A DNA stretch of 64,000 nt from Candidatus Omnitrophota bacterium. GTDB lineage: Bacteria; Omnitrophota; Gorgyraeia; Gygaellales; Profunditerraquicolaceae. The position numbers and the translations under genes are program-made. The stretch is taken from positions 7,217 to 71,216 of the forward strand of contig JBAZUE010000004.1 of the NCBI GenBank assembly GCA_041661605.1, given 5' to 3'. The notes under the pieces were generated by a model that was given only the letters and a program-made list of their open reading frames with translations, was not told the DNA's origin and searched no databases. Shown piece after piece: positions 9,270-20,099 of the stretch (positions are counted from its first letter, which is position 1; the number at the start of each line of letters is the position of its first letter).

Positions 9270-10400
9270 CTACGCTTTCCCCCAGACAGTCCGATTCACG
9301 TAGTCCACGTAACTGACGATGAGGCGGACCACCTTCGCGGACACATTCTCTTTGCTGTAATCCGCCACAATGCCAAGCGTCCGCTCAACACCTCTTCCCT
9401 GAGCATGGACAATCTCGAGCGCCTGGTCAACGCGCGCCAAGTCCAGACCCGTCATCATCACCGACGCTTCCTCCATCCCCTCTGGCCTCTCATGCGCCTC
9501 ACGAATATTGAGCGCCGGAAAGTTCAGGATAGAGGACTCTTCAGTGATGCTCCCGCTGTCCGATAGAACGGCACTCGCATGCATCTGCAGATGCACGTAG
9601 TCGAAGAACCCGAGCGGTTTCAGCAACTCCACTTCTTTCTCGAAGACAGATCCATCGGCCTCGATACGTCGGCGGGTCCGCGGGTGAGTCGACACGATAA
9701 TGCGCCTTCCGTATCTCGTCGCGAGTCCATTCAGCAGGCGAACCAGCCGCCGGAAGTTCTCTTCGGACTCAATATTCTCCTCACGGTGCGCGCTGACCAA
9801 GAAATAGTCCTCGTCACCGAGCTGCAGCACTGTGCGAATGTTGGACGCATCAATTTTGGCCCTGTAATAGTGCAGCACCTCGTACAACGGACTCCCAGTC
9901 TTGATTACCCGGTCCGGTGGCATTCCCTCACGCAGCAAATACTCGCGTGCAATGTCACTGTACGTCAGGTTGATGTCGCTAATATGGTCCACAATCTTGC
10001 GATTGATCTCCTCCGGCACTCTCTCGTCGAAGCACCGATTCCCCGCCTCCATGTGAAATACCGGGATCTTTCGCCTCTTTGCCGCGACCGCCGCCAAGCA
10101 GCTATTCGTGTCGCCCAAGACAAGAAATGCATCTGGCTTCTCCTTCGCCAGCACCGGATCCACCCTCGCGATCAGCATGCCGATCGTCTCCGCCGCCGTC
10201 GCGCCAGCTGCTTCTAGAAAATAGTCCGGTCGCCTGATATCGAGATCCTTGAAGAAGACCTCGTTCAACTCATAGTCGTAGTTCTGGCCCGTGTGAACGA
10301 TGACGTGATCCATGTGAGCATCGAGTGCTGCCATCACCCGCGACAGCCGGATGATCTCAGGTCGCGTACCGACCACCGTGACTACCTTGAGCTTCTTCAC
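9270..10400 (-). CDS. fnlC: UDP-N-acetylglucosamine 2-epimerase family (FnlC/Cap5G type)
   Basis: 376 aa. [12 protein letters not shown]...[15 protein letters not shown] signature; third gene of the CapE/F/G-like trio. Confidence 0.8.
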   Translation of the reverse strand: MKKLKVVTVVGTRPEIIRLSRVMAALDAHMDHVIVHTGQNYDYELNEVFFKDLDIRRPDYFLEAAGATAAETIGMLIARVDPVLAKEKPDAFLVLGDTNSCLAAVAAKRRKIPVFHMEAGNRCFDERVPEEINRKIVDHISDINLTYSDIAREYLLREGMPPDRVIKTGSPLYEVLHYYRAKIDASNIRTVLQLGDEDYFLVSAHREENIESEENFRRLVRLLNGLATRYGRRIIVSTHPRTRRRIEADGSVFEKEVELLKPLGFFDYVHLQMHASAVLSDSGSITEESSILNFPALNIREAHERPEGMEEASVMMTGLDLARVDQALEIVHAQGRGVERTLGIVADYSKENVSAKVVRLIVSYVDYVNRTVWGKA

Positions 10401-10401
10401 G

Positions 10402-11529
10402 CTAGACCTTTAGGAAATGGGTATCCGGCCGCAAAGGGTCGAACTGCTGACTCGACCAGAAGAGGACAATCATCTCGTCGTCACCCACATTCTCGATGTT
10501 GTGGGCGTACCCCGGTGGAATATCGACCACTTCTATTCTCTTATCAGACACTGGATACTCGATGATGTCACTCCGCAGCACGCTCCGAAACCGAATTACG
10601 GCACGCCCTCTCACAACACAGAACTTCTCAACCTTCATGTCGTGATAGTGGTTGCCACGCGTAATTCCAGCCTTCGTGCGCGACAGGAAGACCTGGCCGG
10701 CAGAAGCCGACTTGAGCAACTCGAACAGATCGCCTCGCTCGTCAGTCTTGACGTCAACAACGTACGAGAATTGGTCCTCGGGCAGAAAAGACAAGTAGGT
10801 AGAATGAAGGCGCGCAGTCAGTTCGTCTGACATATCTGGCAAGACGAGGGTGCGCCTCATCCGCTCGAACGACTGTATTCGGCCGGCAAGGTCCTGCAAC
10901 GTTATCCTGTAGACTTTCTTAACTCGACAGAATCCGGCATCTGGGCTCGGCTCCTCATCAATGAACCCGAGCATCTCATCAACCAGATCATCGATATAGA
11001 CCAGTTCAATAGATCGACCCGGTTCCGAGATCTCGATCGGGAGGGCCCGTGCAATGTTGTGGCAAAACGTGGCGACTACCGTGTTGTAGTTCGGGCGTGA
11101 CCATTTCCCAAAGATGCCGGGGAGCCGATAGATCTTTACATAAGCCCCGCAATCCCTCGCGTATGCCCGCAAGGCATCCTCAGCGGCTTTCTTGCTAACA
11201 CCATAGGGATTGTTGAAGTCGGCTTGGATGGATGACGGCATCAGCACCCTGGGCGCTGTAGACCGCGCGCGAAGCATTTCGACAAGGCGCTGCGTGAGCG
11301 CGGCGTTCCCTTCCGTAAACTCAGCGGGCTGCGTGGGTCGATTCACGCCAGCCAAGTGGAAGATGACATCCGCTCGCGCCACCTGTTCGGCAAGCAGTTC
11401 CTCCTCGTTGCTGAGATCGTAGCACTCAACCGTGAGATCTTGACGCCGGCTCAGCGCGACCTGCAGGTTCCTGCCCACAAATCCATCAGCGCCGGTCACG
11501 AGAACTACCTTCTCAGTACGCACCTTCAT
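10402..11529 (-). CDS. fnlB: CapF/FnlB-type reductase (SDR N-domain plus cupin C-domain)
   Basis: 375 aa. [12 protein letters not shown]ossmann motif and a C-terminal cupin-like region (RGNHYH...[10 protein letters not shown]). Confidence 0.75.
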   Translation of the reverse strand: MKVRTEKVVLVTGADGFVGRNLQVALSRRQDLTVECYDLSNEEELLAEQVARADVIFHLAGVNRPTQPAEFTEGNAALTQRLVEMLRARSTAPRVLMPSSIQADFNNPYGVSKKAAEDALRAYARDCGAYVKIYRLPGIFGKWSRPNYNTVVATFCHNIARALPIEISEPGRSIELVYIDDLVDEMLGFIDEEPSPDAGFCRVKKVYRITLQDLAGRIQSFERMRRTLVLPDMSDELTARLHSTYLSFLPEDQFSYVVDVKTDERGDLFELLKSASAGQVFLSRTKAGITRGNHYHDMKVEKFCVVRGRAVIRFRSVLRSDIIEYPVSDKRIEVVDIPPGYAHNIENVGDDEMIVLFWSSQQFDPLRPDTHFLKV

Positions 11530-12551
11530 CAGACCTCTACCTGCTCGCCCCTAAGTGCCCGCTGCACGCACTCGAGTTCCCTCAACAGCCCCATCATACG
11601 ATCGACGTCGAGAAGTTCGACATTGTGGGAGTTGTAATCGCGCTCAACGCTGACCCGCTTCTCACCTTCAGTGAAGAACTTGCCATAGTTCAGATCGCGA
11701 TTGTCCGCTGGAACACGGAAGTATCGTTCTTCGTCTACTGCGACAGCCATCTCCTCGCGCGTTAAGAGCGTCTCGTAGAGCTTCTCTCCATGGCGGGTGC
11801 CGATAATGTCCGCGTGATTCTCAACCGCCAGCAACCTCTTGAGCGCCTCTGCTAGAGTGCCAATGGTGCAGGCGGGCGCCTTCTGAACAAAGATGTCGCC
11901 CGCCTCGCCATGTTCGAAGGCGTAAAGCACAAGGTCGACCGCATCCTCAATCGTCATCATAAACCGCGTCATCTTTGGGTCAGTGATACTGACAGGGATC
12001 CCAGTCTGCAGATGTCTGAGGAAGAGAGGGATCACGGATCCGCGGCTTGCCATAACATTGCCGTACCGAGTGCAGCAGATAATGGTCTCCGGAGCGGCCA
12101 CCCGGGACTTCGCCACCGCGAGCTTCTCCATCAAAGCCTTGGAGATGCCCATTGCGTTAATCGGATAAACAGCTTTGTCGGTTGACAGCACGATTACCCG
12201 CTTCACTCGCGCTGCCATTGAAGCCGAAAGCACGTTTTCAGTGCCAAGGCAGTTTGTGCGAAGTGCCTCAACCGGGAAGAACTCACACGACGGCACCTGT
12301 TTCAATGCCGCTGCGTGAAACACGAAGTCTACGCCCCTCATGGCATCAAGAAGACCTGCTGGCTCTCTAACATCACCAATGTAGAACTTGAGCTTCTGGC
12401 TAGCATACTGCTTCCGCATATCATCTTGCTTCTTCTCGTCGCGGGAGAGAACCCGGATCTCCTCGATCTCTGTGTCTAGGAACCGTTTTACAACGGCATT
12501 GCCGAAGCTGCCGGTTCCTCCAGTTATCAGAAGCGTCTTGCCGTTAAACAT
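11529..12551 (-). CDS. fnlA: UDP-GlcNAc 4,6-dehydratase/5-epimerase (CapE/FnlA type)
   Basis: 340 aa. KTLLITGGTGSFGNAVVKRFL...IRVLSRDEKKQ...KFYIGDVR signature. Confidence 0.85.
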   Translation of the reverse strand: MFNGKTLLITGGTGSFGNAVVKRFLDTEIEEIRVLSRDEKKQDDMRKQYASQKLKFYIGDVREPAGLLDAMRGVDFVFHAAALKQVPSCEFFPVEALRTNCLGTENVLSASMAARVKRVIVLSTDKAVYPINAMGISKALMEKLAVAKSRVAAPETIICCTRYGNVMASRGSVIPLFLRHLQTGIPVSITDPKMTRFMMTIEDAVDLVLYAFEHGEAGDIFVQKAPACTIGTLAEALKRLLAVENHADIIGTRHGEKLYETLLTREEMAVAVDEERYFRVPADNRDLNYGKFFTEGEKRVSVERDYNSHNVELLDVDRMMGLLRELECVQRALRGEQVEV

Positions 12552-12849
12552 CTTGTCGCATCTCCATCGCGATGGGATTGGCTCTCAGCCCCGCACTGCT
12601 ACAAACCACGCAATCCATTCGACACTTCGTTCTAGCCGCGTACTCACGCTGTTCGTGAACGGCCATCCTCTTGCCAGTACGAACTACCATCATGCTGCGC
12701 GGCAGCTTTTCAGCGCTCTCGTACGACTTAGTTGGCAACTCGCCTGGAGAGCGGTCCATATCCAAGCACCCACCCAGCCGCATCGGCACGTTGACCCGCA
12801 GAACAAGCTCATATGCGCGCAAAACGAGCGGACGCCGGGTACTTCCGCA

Positions 12850-13857
12850 CTACCGTTCGTAATAGCTCCGGTACCATTCAATGAAGTTCCGCACACCGCA
12901 CTCCAATGAGGTTCTCGGCGCGTATCCAGTATCGCGGCGCAAATCATCTACGTCTGCCCAAGTTGACTGCACGTCGCCAGCTTGAATCGGCAGAAACTCC
13001 TTTCGCGCTTCTGTGCCAATCGCAGCCTCCATCGCTTCCACAAAGCGAAGGATGTTAGTCGGCTGGCTGGCCCCAATATTGTAGATCCGATAGGGCGCGG
13101 CACTCGAAGCTGGATCAGGTCGCAAAGCATCCCACTGACGATCTCGCTCAGCAGGGCGATCCAGAGCCAGCACGATTCCCTGAACAATGTCGTCTATGTA
13201 CGTGTAGTCCCGCTCCATCTCTCCGTAATTGAACACCTGAATGGGGCGACCGTCGAGGATCGCCTCAGCGAAGATCATAGGCGACATATCCGGTCGGCCC
13301 CAAGGTCCGTACACCGTGAAGAACCGCAGCCCTGTGACTGGCAACTGATAGAGATGCGCATAGCTGTGCGCCATCAATTCGTTGCTCTTCTTCGTGGCCG
13401 CATAGAGCGACAATGGGTGATCCACGTTTTCGTGCACAGAAAACGGCATCTTGACGTTTGCCCCATAAACGCTGCTGCTTGAGGCGAATACTAAGTGTCG
13501 CACCTGGCCGTGCCTGCATCCTTCGAGCACATGCAGAAACCCGACGAGATTCGAAGACACATACTCGTGCGGGTTTGTGACTGAGTAGCGCACACCTGCC
13601 TGTGCCGCCAAGTGAAGCACCATATCCGGCCGTGTCTTCTCGAAGACCGCTTCCGTCGCGACACGATCAGCCACATCCACGCGTTCGAAGGTGAACCTCT
13701 GCTGCTCTAAGAGTATGCGCAGCCGCGCTTCCTTTAGCTTAACGTCATAGTACGCGCTGAGATTGTCGATTCCATACACCTCGTCTCCACGTTGGAGCAG
13801 TCGCTTCGTCGCGTGGAACCCGATAAAGCCAGCAGCACCGGTAACAAGAACTCGCAT
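12850..13857 (-). CDS. NAD-dependent epimerase, UDP-glucuronate 4-epimerase-like
   Basis: 335 aa. MRVLVTGAAGFIGFH...GIDNLSAYYDVKLKEARL is typical of Cap1J/WbnF-type enzymes. Confidence 0.75.
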   Translation of the reverse strand: MRVLVTGAAGFIGFHATKRLLQRGDEVYGIDNLSAYYDVKLKEARLRILLEQQRFTFERVDVADRVATEAVFEKTRPDMVLHLAAQAGVRYSVTNPHEYVSSNLVGFLHVLEGCRHGQVRHLVFASSSSVYGANVKMPFSVHENVDHPLSLYAATKKSNELMAHSYAHLYQLPVTGLRFFTVYGPWGRPDMSPMIFAEAILDGRPIQVFNYGEMERDYTYIDDIVQGIVLALDRPAERDRQWDALRPDPASSAAPYRIYNIGASQPTNILRFVEAMEAAIGTEARKEFLPIQAGDVQSTWADVDDLRRDTGYAPRTSLECGVRNFIEWYRSYYER

Positions 13858-14059
13858 ATTACTTGGCGCGCCTCACCATGAGTAATGTCCGCCATCTCTC
13901 CGCGATACCCACCGACGCCGCTCGCCGCAATCCCGCACGGAAGTCGCGCGAGCGCTAACGCCAATCCGACTCGGCGACGTTTTCGGCACCGTCCTTCCGG
14001 CAGGCCCCCAACGCCAGCCACGCTGCAATGCACGCTCGGCGCCCGTCGCACTGAAGTCG

Positions 14060-15316
14060 CTACTTTATCTGCGTGATGCAGCCTAGTGTTTCGTATACTT
14101 TACGCATCCGCTCAGCGACGCGTTCGATGTCATGACGCACTCTAGCATGTTCGAAGGCCGCCGCGCCCATTCTTGACACCAGCACCCGCTCTTCATAGAA
14201 CCTCCGAATAGCATGGGCCAGTGCCATTGTGTCACCTTCTGGCACGACGAATCCAGTCAGCCCGTCCACTATCGCGTCGTCAGTACGGCGAGTCTTGAGA
14301 GCAACGATGCTCGGTCGGCCAAATGCTGCCGCTTCAAATACCGGCCTGCCAACAGCATCCAGACGTGACGGAAAGCAGAGCACATCGATAGAGCGATAGA
14401 TGCGTTCAGGGGACGACACATAGCCTTCGAACGTGACCTGAGAACTGATGCCGTACTCACGCACCTTCATGAGCACATCGGCTTTTACATCGTGCCGCAT
14501 GCCCAATTTCTTCAGCGCTCCAGCATAGAGGCCCCTGGTCTTTTGTTGGCTGTCGCCGAAGAAGTGAAATACTACATCACGCAGGCCAAAGTCCCCTATG
14601 CAGATATTCGCGGCCTCGACGAAGTCCTCGACGCCCTTGTTTCGTAGAAAATTCGCGACAATACCGATGCGAAGCACTCCGTCCCTTTCTCGCTCACAGG
14701 GCTGCTCGCGAGACGGCATCTCAGCACCATTGTGTATCACAAGTGACGGAACTGGCGCGATCGAACTCGCCACTGCGCTGTCGATTGCAATGATTTGGTC
14801 GACGTACCGCTGCGCACTCCAGAGCAACCACTTCCTGCGCAACGTCGACTTGGTGGACTGCATGGTTCTAATATGCAAAACGATGGGTCGTCCAATAACC
14901 AGCTTCGCCAACAACGCCGTCGGCAGCATCGACCAGTCGTTCACGTGGATGACATCGACCTGATTCCAAATTCGCCTCGCCCGAAAGAGCGCGAGAACCG
15001 TACCCGGCAGAAGCCCTAGCTCGCGCAACAACACCAACCACCGCACACCACGGTATGCGGATAGTAAGCTGTTGTCGAACTGGCTCACGCCTCGCACCGC
15101 GATAAATCGGTATCCATGTTGCACAAGGTGCTCAACAATGGGTCCACGCGGAACGATCAAGAATGGTACGACTGCAGTTCTCGCGAGGTGATCGACCAGC
15201 AGCAGCATACTTCTTGTCGCGCCGCCGTTTACCCCCACGTGCTGGATATAGAGTACGTTCAACGGGCGCGTTGATGTTGTATTGCTCATTTCATCTTGGC
15301 GACTAAGCGGTTGCAT
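14060..15316 (-). CDS. GT4-family glycosyltransferase
   Basis: 418 aa with a GT-B fold pattern and C-terminal E-x7-E-like region (FPSRLDAVGRPVFEAAAFGRP). Confidence 0.8.
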   Translation of the reverse strand: MQPLSRQDEMSNTTSTRPLNVLYIQHVGVNGGATRSMLLLVDHLARTAVVPFLIVPRGPIVEHLVQHGYRFIAVRGVSQFDNSLLSAYRGVRWLVLLRELGLLPGTVLALFRARRIWNQVDVIHVNDWSMLPTALLAKLVIGRPIVLHIRTMQSTKSTLRRKWLLWSAQRYVDQIIAIDSAVASSIAPVPSLVIHNGAEMPSREQPCERERDGVLRIGIVANFLRNKGVEDFVEAANICIGDFGLRDVVFHFFGDSQQKTRGLYAGALKKLGMRHDVKADVLMKVREYGISSQVTFEGYVSSPERIYRSIDVLCFPSRLDAVGRPVFEAAAFGRPSIVALKTRRTDDAIVDGLTGFVVPEGDTMALAHAIRRFYEERVLVSRMGAAAFEHARVRHDIERVAERMRKVYETLGCITQIK

Positions 15317-15500
15317 CTTAGGAGATCTTCACTTTCACTTCGCAAGAATCGACGACGTCCACAGATAATCAGACCTGCCGAGTAGCTCAATGACAGCCGT
15401 GACGCCGTCGGCTCCTGTGATTGGCGACGTATGCATAAGATCCAGTTCTACAGCCACGACGGCCGACAGACTTGGGTCCATCTCCCGCAACTTCGCCGGC

Positions 15501-16622
15501 TCACAGAGAACGCAGGAATAGCAGGAACGCGTTGTAGTTCACATTCGCATCGCACATCTCTTCCGCTCGCCGACGTGCTGCCACTCTCTTGGCCGAGTGA
15601 GCTGCTGAATCACACAGCTCCTGTTCGATTGCCCGCGCGATACTCGCTGCGCTGACATTCTTTGCCAGTACCTTTCCAACAGTATCGTCCACAAGCTCAC
15701 TCGTTCCGCCCGCGTCGGTGACCACACACGGTATGCCTGCCGAAAGCGCTTCCATGACAGACACCGGCACTCCCTCGGATTCCGAAACGTTGATGAAGAG
15801 ATCGGCGGTGCCCATTTCGTAAAATCGTCGCACCTCCTTGTTCGTCACTCTTCCAACCAAACGCGCCTCTCCGTTCTCAGGGAATGAAGCGACAATATCG
15901 CGCACGTCATTCCATTGAACGCCGTCGCCAAAATGCGTCCAGATGAAGGACTGCCTTAACATTGACAGCGCCTCAGCTAGCAGCGTCACACGCTTGATCG
16001 GTATCATGCTCGAACAACTCACGAGTCTCCAAGCGGCACCACTGGCCGAGGGTGCAACTCGTGCTGGTATGTTTACGCCAAGCCGGTGGACAACGAGCTT
16101 GTCACAAGCGAATCCGTGTGCAACCAAGTGCGACGAGCCAATCTCTGAGACCGGCACCACTCGATCGACGCGCCGAGCGACGTACGGGTCGTATGGACGC
16201 GACGGAGCCGTCGGTAGATCATAAAACAGGTCCCCGCCGTGGCAGCGAGTGACCACCCTGATGTCTGGACGATCGGTCATCTTATGATACAGGCACGCGA
16301 CTGTCGCTTCGCTTTTCCAATAGCTGTACACCACGCATGTGTCGGCGCGTTTCGACAATAGTGGCGCAATCCCGTCGGCGACTAAGGACGCTTTGATCGT
16401 CTCTCGCGCTACTTCAGAAAGGACCCTGAGTTGGGTTGAACCAGTCGGCACAAGAAAGCGTGCTTCGCGGACGAGGCGCGCAGCCACAAGCAGCACCCGT
16501 ATGCTACTCGCGATCGACCTCTTCTCTGGCCCAATTACCCTGCAGTTAGGCGGAACGGAGCACGCCGTTTCGCCGCTTACCGTTCGCCACCAGCGATGCG
16601 ACGAGTGCGCGCGCGATGGCAC
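15501..16622 (-). CDS. GT4-family glycosyltransferase (N-terminal homology continues upstream of the track start; no canonical start codon)
   Basis: The GT4 C-terminal region is present (VSESEGVPVSVMEALSAGIPCV). The same frame upstream reads KNILLLLTYQFPYGSGEDFVLPELERIAAGFDQVLIVPS up to the TAA of the preceding gene. See findings. Confidence 0.7.
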   Translation of the reverse strand: MPSRAHSSHRWWRTVSGETACSVPPNCRVIGPEKRSIASSIRVLLVAARLVREARFLVPTGSTQLRVLSEVARETIKASLVADGIAPLLSKRADTCVVYSYWKSEATVACLYHKMTDRPDIRVVTRCHGGDLFYDLPTAPSRPYDPYVARRVDRVVPVSEIGSSHLVAHGFACDKLVVHRLGVNIPARVAPSASGAAWRLVSCSSMIPIKRVTLLAEALSMLRQSFIWTHFGDGVQWNDVRDIVASFPENGEARLVGRVTNKEVRRFYEMGTADLFINVSESEGVPVSVMEALSAGIPCVVTDAGGTSELVDDTVGKVLAKNVSAASIARAIEQELCDSAAHSAKRVAARRRAEEMCDANVNYNAFLLFLRSL

Positions 16623-16754
16623 GATCAGTACTTGATCAAAGCCAGCCGCGATACGCTCTAGTTCTGGCAGAACAAAGTCTTCACCACTTCCGTAAGGGAA
16701 CTGGTATGTTAGGAGCAGCAGTATATTCTTCGATGTGATGCGCGTACCCCGTTG

Positions 16755-18014
16755 TTAGGCCCGCCGCACTTTCATAGCTGCTCGGTGCAACAACTCGCTA
16801 TAAAGACGCAGGTGCTCCTGTGCGACGAAATCAACTGTGAATCGCCGCTCAATTCGCCGTCGACCGTTCCTACCGTACTCGCGACGCCGACTAGCATCAT
16901 GCGCCATGCCAACGAGCTCCCGAGCTACGGCTTGCATGTCTCCTGTCGCGACGGTTCTACCTACGTCATCGCCGACGAGGGCTTTTGCACCCGATACTCG
17001 CGTCACAACCACCGGGAGAGCGGAGGCCATCGCCTCTAGCATGGTATTCGACAGACCTTCGTGCCAAGAGGTTGACACGTAGACGTCCGCCGCTGCCATC
17101 CACTCCTCCACATTCGGTTGATGTCCAGCGAACACCACACTATCTCCATGGCCGCTCTGAGCAGCACGACACGTCAGGGTCGCCTCCAATGGCCCCCTCC
17201 CGACAATGACTAAGCGCCACTCGGCGCCCAACTCGGTAACTGCCATAAGCCACGCGTCCAGCAATCCTCGCACGTTCTTCGCTTCCACAAGCCGGCCGAC
17301 AAATAACACGACCTTTGCCCCGCGAAGGCTGAAGGCCCGCTTCAACTGTTCCCGCTCATCGTCGGCGCGCGGCCTGAAGCGTGCAACGTCAACTCCGTTT
17401 CCAATTATCGCAATCTTCGTTGCATCGATTCCGACCCTCTCGGCCTCATCAGCAGTCTCTCGCGTCAGTGCAACAACAGCGTCCACTCGCCGATGGAGTG
17501 CCCCGCAAAGCGTCGGCCACGGCCCCCGCGCGATTGTGGCAGTGATTCCATCGTCTCCAGAGTTCGTCATCTTCAGTACAACCGGTCGCCGAAGCATTTT
17601 CGCGATGGCAACGCTCAGCGCCGCGTGAAGACCGTACTGATGAACGTGCCACACATCAAAGCGTCGCCCTTGAGATAACAGCAATACGGCAAGGCCTACG
17701 AGTGAGCTTGCCGTATGCAATCCCCGCCTGTAAATGCACCACCACCGGCGGACGCGCACGCCGTTCAGCTGTTCATTCAGCGCCCATCGCCTGTCTCGCC
17801 GCTCGGCGACGACTGCCACGGTGTGACCACGGGCACTCAGAGCATTAGCGAGTCGCTCACAGGCGCCTTCATAGCCGCCCACGATAGGCCGATACTGCGG
17901 CGAGATCATGAGGATATTCAAAGATCGCACACCTCTTGTATCGATGCGACCGGCATCGTAACTCAGCGAACGAGATAGTAGAGGCCGAATAGCACGCACG
18001 TAGACGCAATCCAC
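16755..18014 (-). CDS. GT4-family glycosyltransferase
   Basis: 419 aa. NILMISPQYRPIVGGYE N-terminus and STSWHEGLSNTMLEAMASALPVV motif. The true start is probably the GTG at 17930. Confidence 0.8.
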   Translation of the reverse strand: MDCVYVRAIRPLLSRSLSYDAGRIDTRGVRSLNILMISPQYRPIVGGYEGACERLANALSARGHTVAVVAERRDRRWALNEQLNGVRVRRWWCIYRRGLHTASSLVGLAVLLLSQGRRFDVWHVHQYGLHAALSVAIAKMLRRPVVLKMTNSGDDGITATIARGPWPTLCGALHRRVDAVVALTRETADEAERVGIDATKIAIIGNGVDVARFRPRADDEREQLKRAFSLRGAKVVLFVGRLVEAKNVRGLLDAWLMAVTELGAEWRLVIVGRGPLEATLTCRAAQSGHGDSVVFAGHQPNVEEWMAAADVYVSTSWHEGLSNTMLEAMASALPVVVTRVSGAKALVGDDVGRTVATGDMQAVARELVGMAHDASRRREYGRNGRRRIERRFTVDFVAQEHLRLYSELLHRAAMKVRRA

Positions 18015-19282
18015 ACCCGCAGACCCTTACGCCTCCAAGACGCAGACTTTGAGCTCCACCCCAATAAGGCTACCGCCGCTACCATTGGCATGTCAGGCAC
18101 ACGCCACCTCGTCGAATCACCGACGACCCATGACACTGCGATCGACGAAAGAACAAACAGACAAACTGCGCTCCATGGCGTCGCCAGCAGCCGAGATCGC
18201 CGCAGCTTCGCGAGCACTCCTCGCGTCGTCTCCGTCCCATCAGTTGGCGTCAACACGTGGCGGCAACCAACCAAGAAGAAGGGCGTGACAACGAAGATCC
18301 ACGGAAGTGCGAGTACTCCCCGCAGCCACAGGGAGCCGAGAGTTGACCAGCTACGCGGATTCAGTCCCGACACCTCAGAAAACAGATACAAGAGTGCGAA
18401 GAGCGTTCGGTTCATCTGAGTACCTTCGCCAACCTGCGCGGCACTCTCAAGCATCGCCGCCCCGACCACTCTTGACTCCGTGAAGATCCCGAGTGCGTTC
18501 ATCGTTTCGACGTTTGTAACGACGGGCAACGTCAAGAGAAGTAATACCATGGCAACGAACAACGGTGTAACCCGGCGTCCTCCAACACCTCGTGCCGCCA
18601 GCTTTGACGCAACTGAGCCCGTCAGTACTGCGCCATTCTGGATAACAAGCGGGGTCCGAAACAACAGCAGCGCCAAGGTCGACATTGCGACACCGATTGC
18701 TGGACGCAGCCTGCGTCCGTGCCACATCTCCATCACAAACAAGAGGAAGACTGACTGAAGGAGCGTAATCGCCATGTCCTTGAGCAAGAAGCACACATAG
18801 AACCACAGTGGGCTCAGTAACAGAATCACTCGCCCCATTCGGCGCGCGAACAGCCGCCCTTCGAGGATAAGCCCAATTCGATACCACGTGACGGACAGCA
18901 ATATCAGAAAGAAGAGGTTCAGCCACTTCAAGACTACCAGATCGTCGCCGGTGAGTAGGCTCAGCATGGACAGAAGCCATGGGTACCCTGGCTGGTCCAT
19001 CACTCCAACGAAACGTCTGATGTCAAGTGCCTCTGTCAAGTCAGCGGGCGGACTGTCGCTAATTAGGGGCCAGTAGTCATGATCATCAGCGCCACCATCC
19101 AGCGCTGTGTCAGTGAACGGTTGCCACACATTCACAGCGACTACAAGTGCGCCTAATAGCAGCCATGCCGCCAACACGGACCGCACCATATACCGTCGGT
19201 CTCCGGGAGCGGCTACACGGTACGCAATTGCGGCGCTCGCAGGAACGAACACTGCCAAGAATAGCAGCTTCGCAGTAATCAT
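17963..19282 (-). CDS. Polytopic membrane protein, Wzy-type polymerase candidate
   Basis: 439 aa with many hydrophobic segments; position between GTs and wzx. No diagnostic motif recognised. Confidence 0.5.
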   Translation of the reverse strand: MITAKLLFLAVFVPASAAIAYRVAAPGDRRYMVRSVLAAWLLLGALVVAVNVWQPFTDTALDGGADDHDYWPLISDSPPADLTEALDIRRFVGVMDQPGYPWLLSMLSLLTGDDLVVLKWLNLFFLILLSVTWYRIGLILEGRLFARRMGRVILLLSPLWFYVCFLLKDMAITLLQSVFLLFVMEMWHGRRLRPAIGVAMSTLALLLFRTPLVIQNGAVLTGSVASKLAARGVGGRRVTPLFVAMVLLLLTLPVVTNVETMNALGIFTESRVVGAAMLESAAQVGEGTQMNRTLFALLYLFSEVSGLNPRSWSTLGSLWLRGVLALPWIFVVTPFFLVGCRHVLTPTDGTETTRGVLAKLRRSRLLATPWSAVCLFVLSSIAVSWVVGDSTRWRVPDMPMVAAVALLGWSSKSASWRRKGLRVWIASTCVLFGLYYLVR

Positions 19283-19372
19283 TCAGCGCTCGTGCTCCCA
19301 GAATGTCGGACACTTGTCATCAGCACTTCACCGCACGCGGAGCGCTCGTACAAGGCGATATCGAGCACCAGT

Positions 19373-19968
19373 TCAGTCGCCGCATTGCGGCGACGGCATG
19401 AGCAAATTGCTCTTTGCGCTGCGCACCTGCAACGTGTTGCGGCGACGCCCCCTGCTCGCGATCTCACCTTCGATGGCGAGTTGCTTGGTTCGCACATCGC
19501 GATGTTTTGTAAACATGACATGGCTCCGCATTCTCGCGGCGTAGTCGTCGAACGAACAAATGAACCTAAGCGGATTACCGGCTGCAACGGTGTCGTCAGG
19601 GGCTGACTTTGTCACCACGGATGCAGCACCGATGACGCAATTCTTAGTAATCGATACCTCGGGGAGAATTGTCACGACATTGCCCATGGAGCTATTGTCG
19701 CCAACGACAATTCGGCCGACAATATCAATACGGGCATCCTCTCCACGCAGTGCCCAGACGCCGCCGTCATGGGTCACCAAGCGTACCCTATGTGCAACAT
19801 GCACATTACTATCAAGAACGGCTCTGTGCCCCATTCAGTTATTGCGACTCTGCATTCCTCACCAGTCTTTACGCCCAACGCTCTCGCATACCCGACGGGC
19901 CCGAGACGATACAGGCGCGCACGCTGATCTAGCCGTCGCAGCGTTTCTCGCATTAGCATCAGGATCAT
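19373..19968 (-). pseudogene. Hexapeptide-repeat O-acetyltransferase interrupted by a frameshift near 19810-19815
   Basis: The N-terminal part (MILMLMRETLRRL...LGVKTGEECRVAITEWGTEPFL, GGAGG 7 nt upstream of the ATG at 19968) is in one frame. The continuation (DSNVHVAHRVRLVTHDGGVWALR...) is in another. Confidence 0.6.
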
Positions 19969-20099
19969 CTGCGTACCTCCGTTCCTGTCTCGTTGCATTC
20001 CGTTCACGAATCTCACGCGGCGTTGACTTCGCGACCCATCGTCGTTCGATCCGCCAACTGCGAACGCTGCTGCGCCGTTCACAACTTTGCGAACAGTAG

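Noticed and set aside
12552-12849. ORF 12544..12822 (-), 92 aa, in the 300-nt gap between fnlA and the epimerase gene
   Set aside because: No recognisable family, it overlaps the fnlA start, and the gap may simply be an internal promoter region. Left unannotated.
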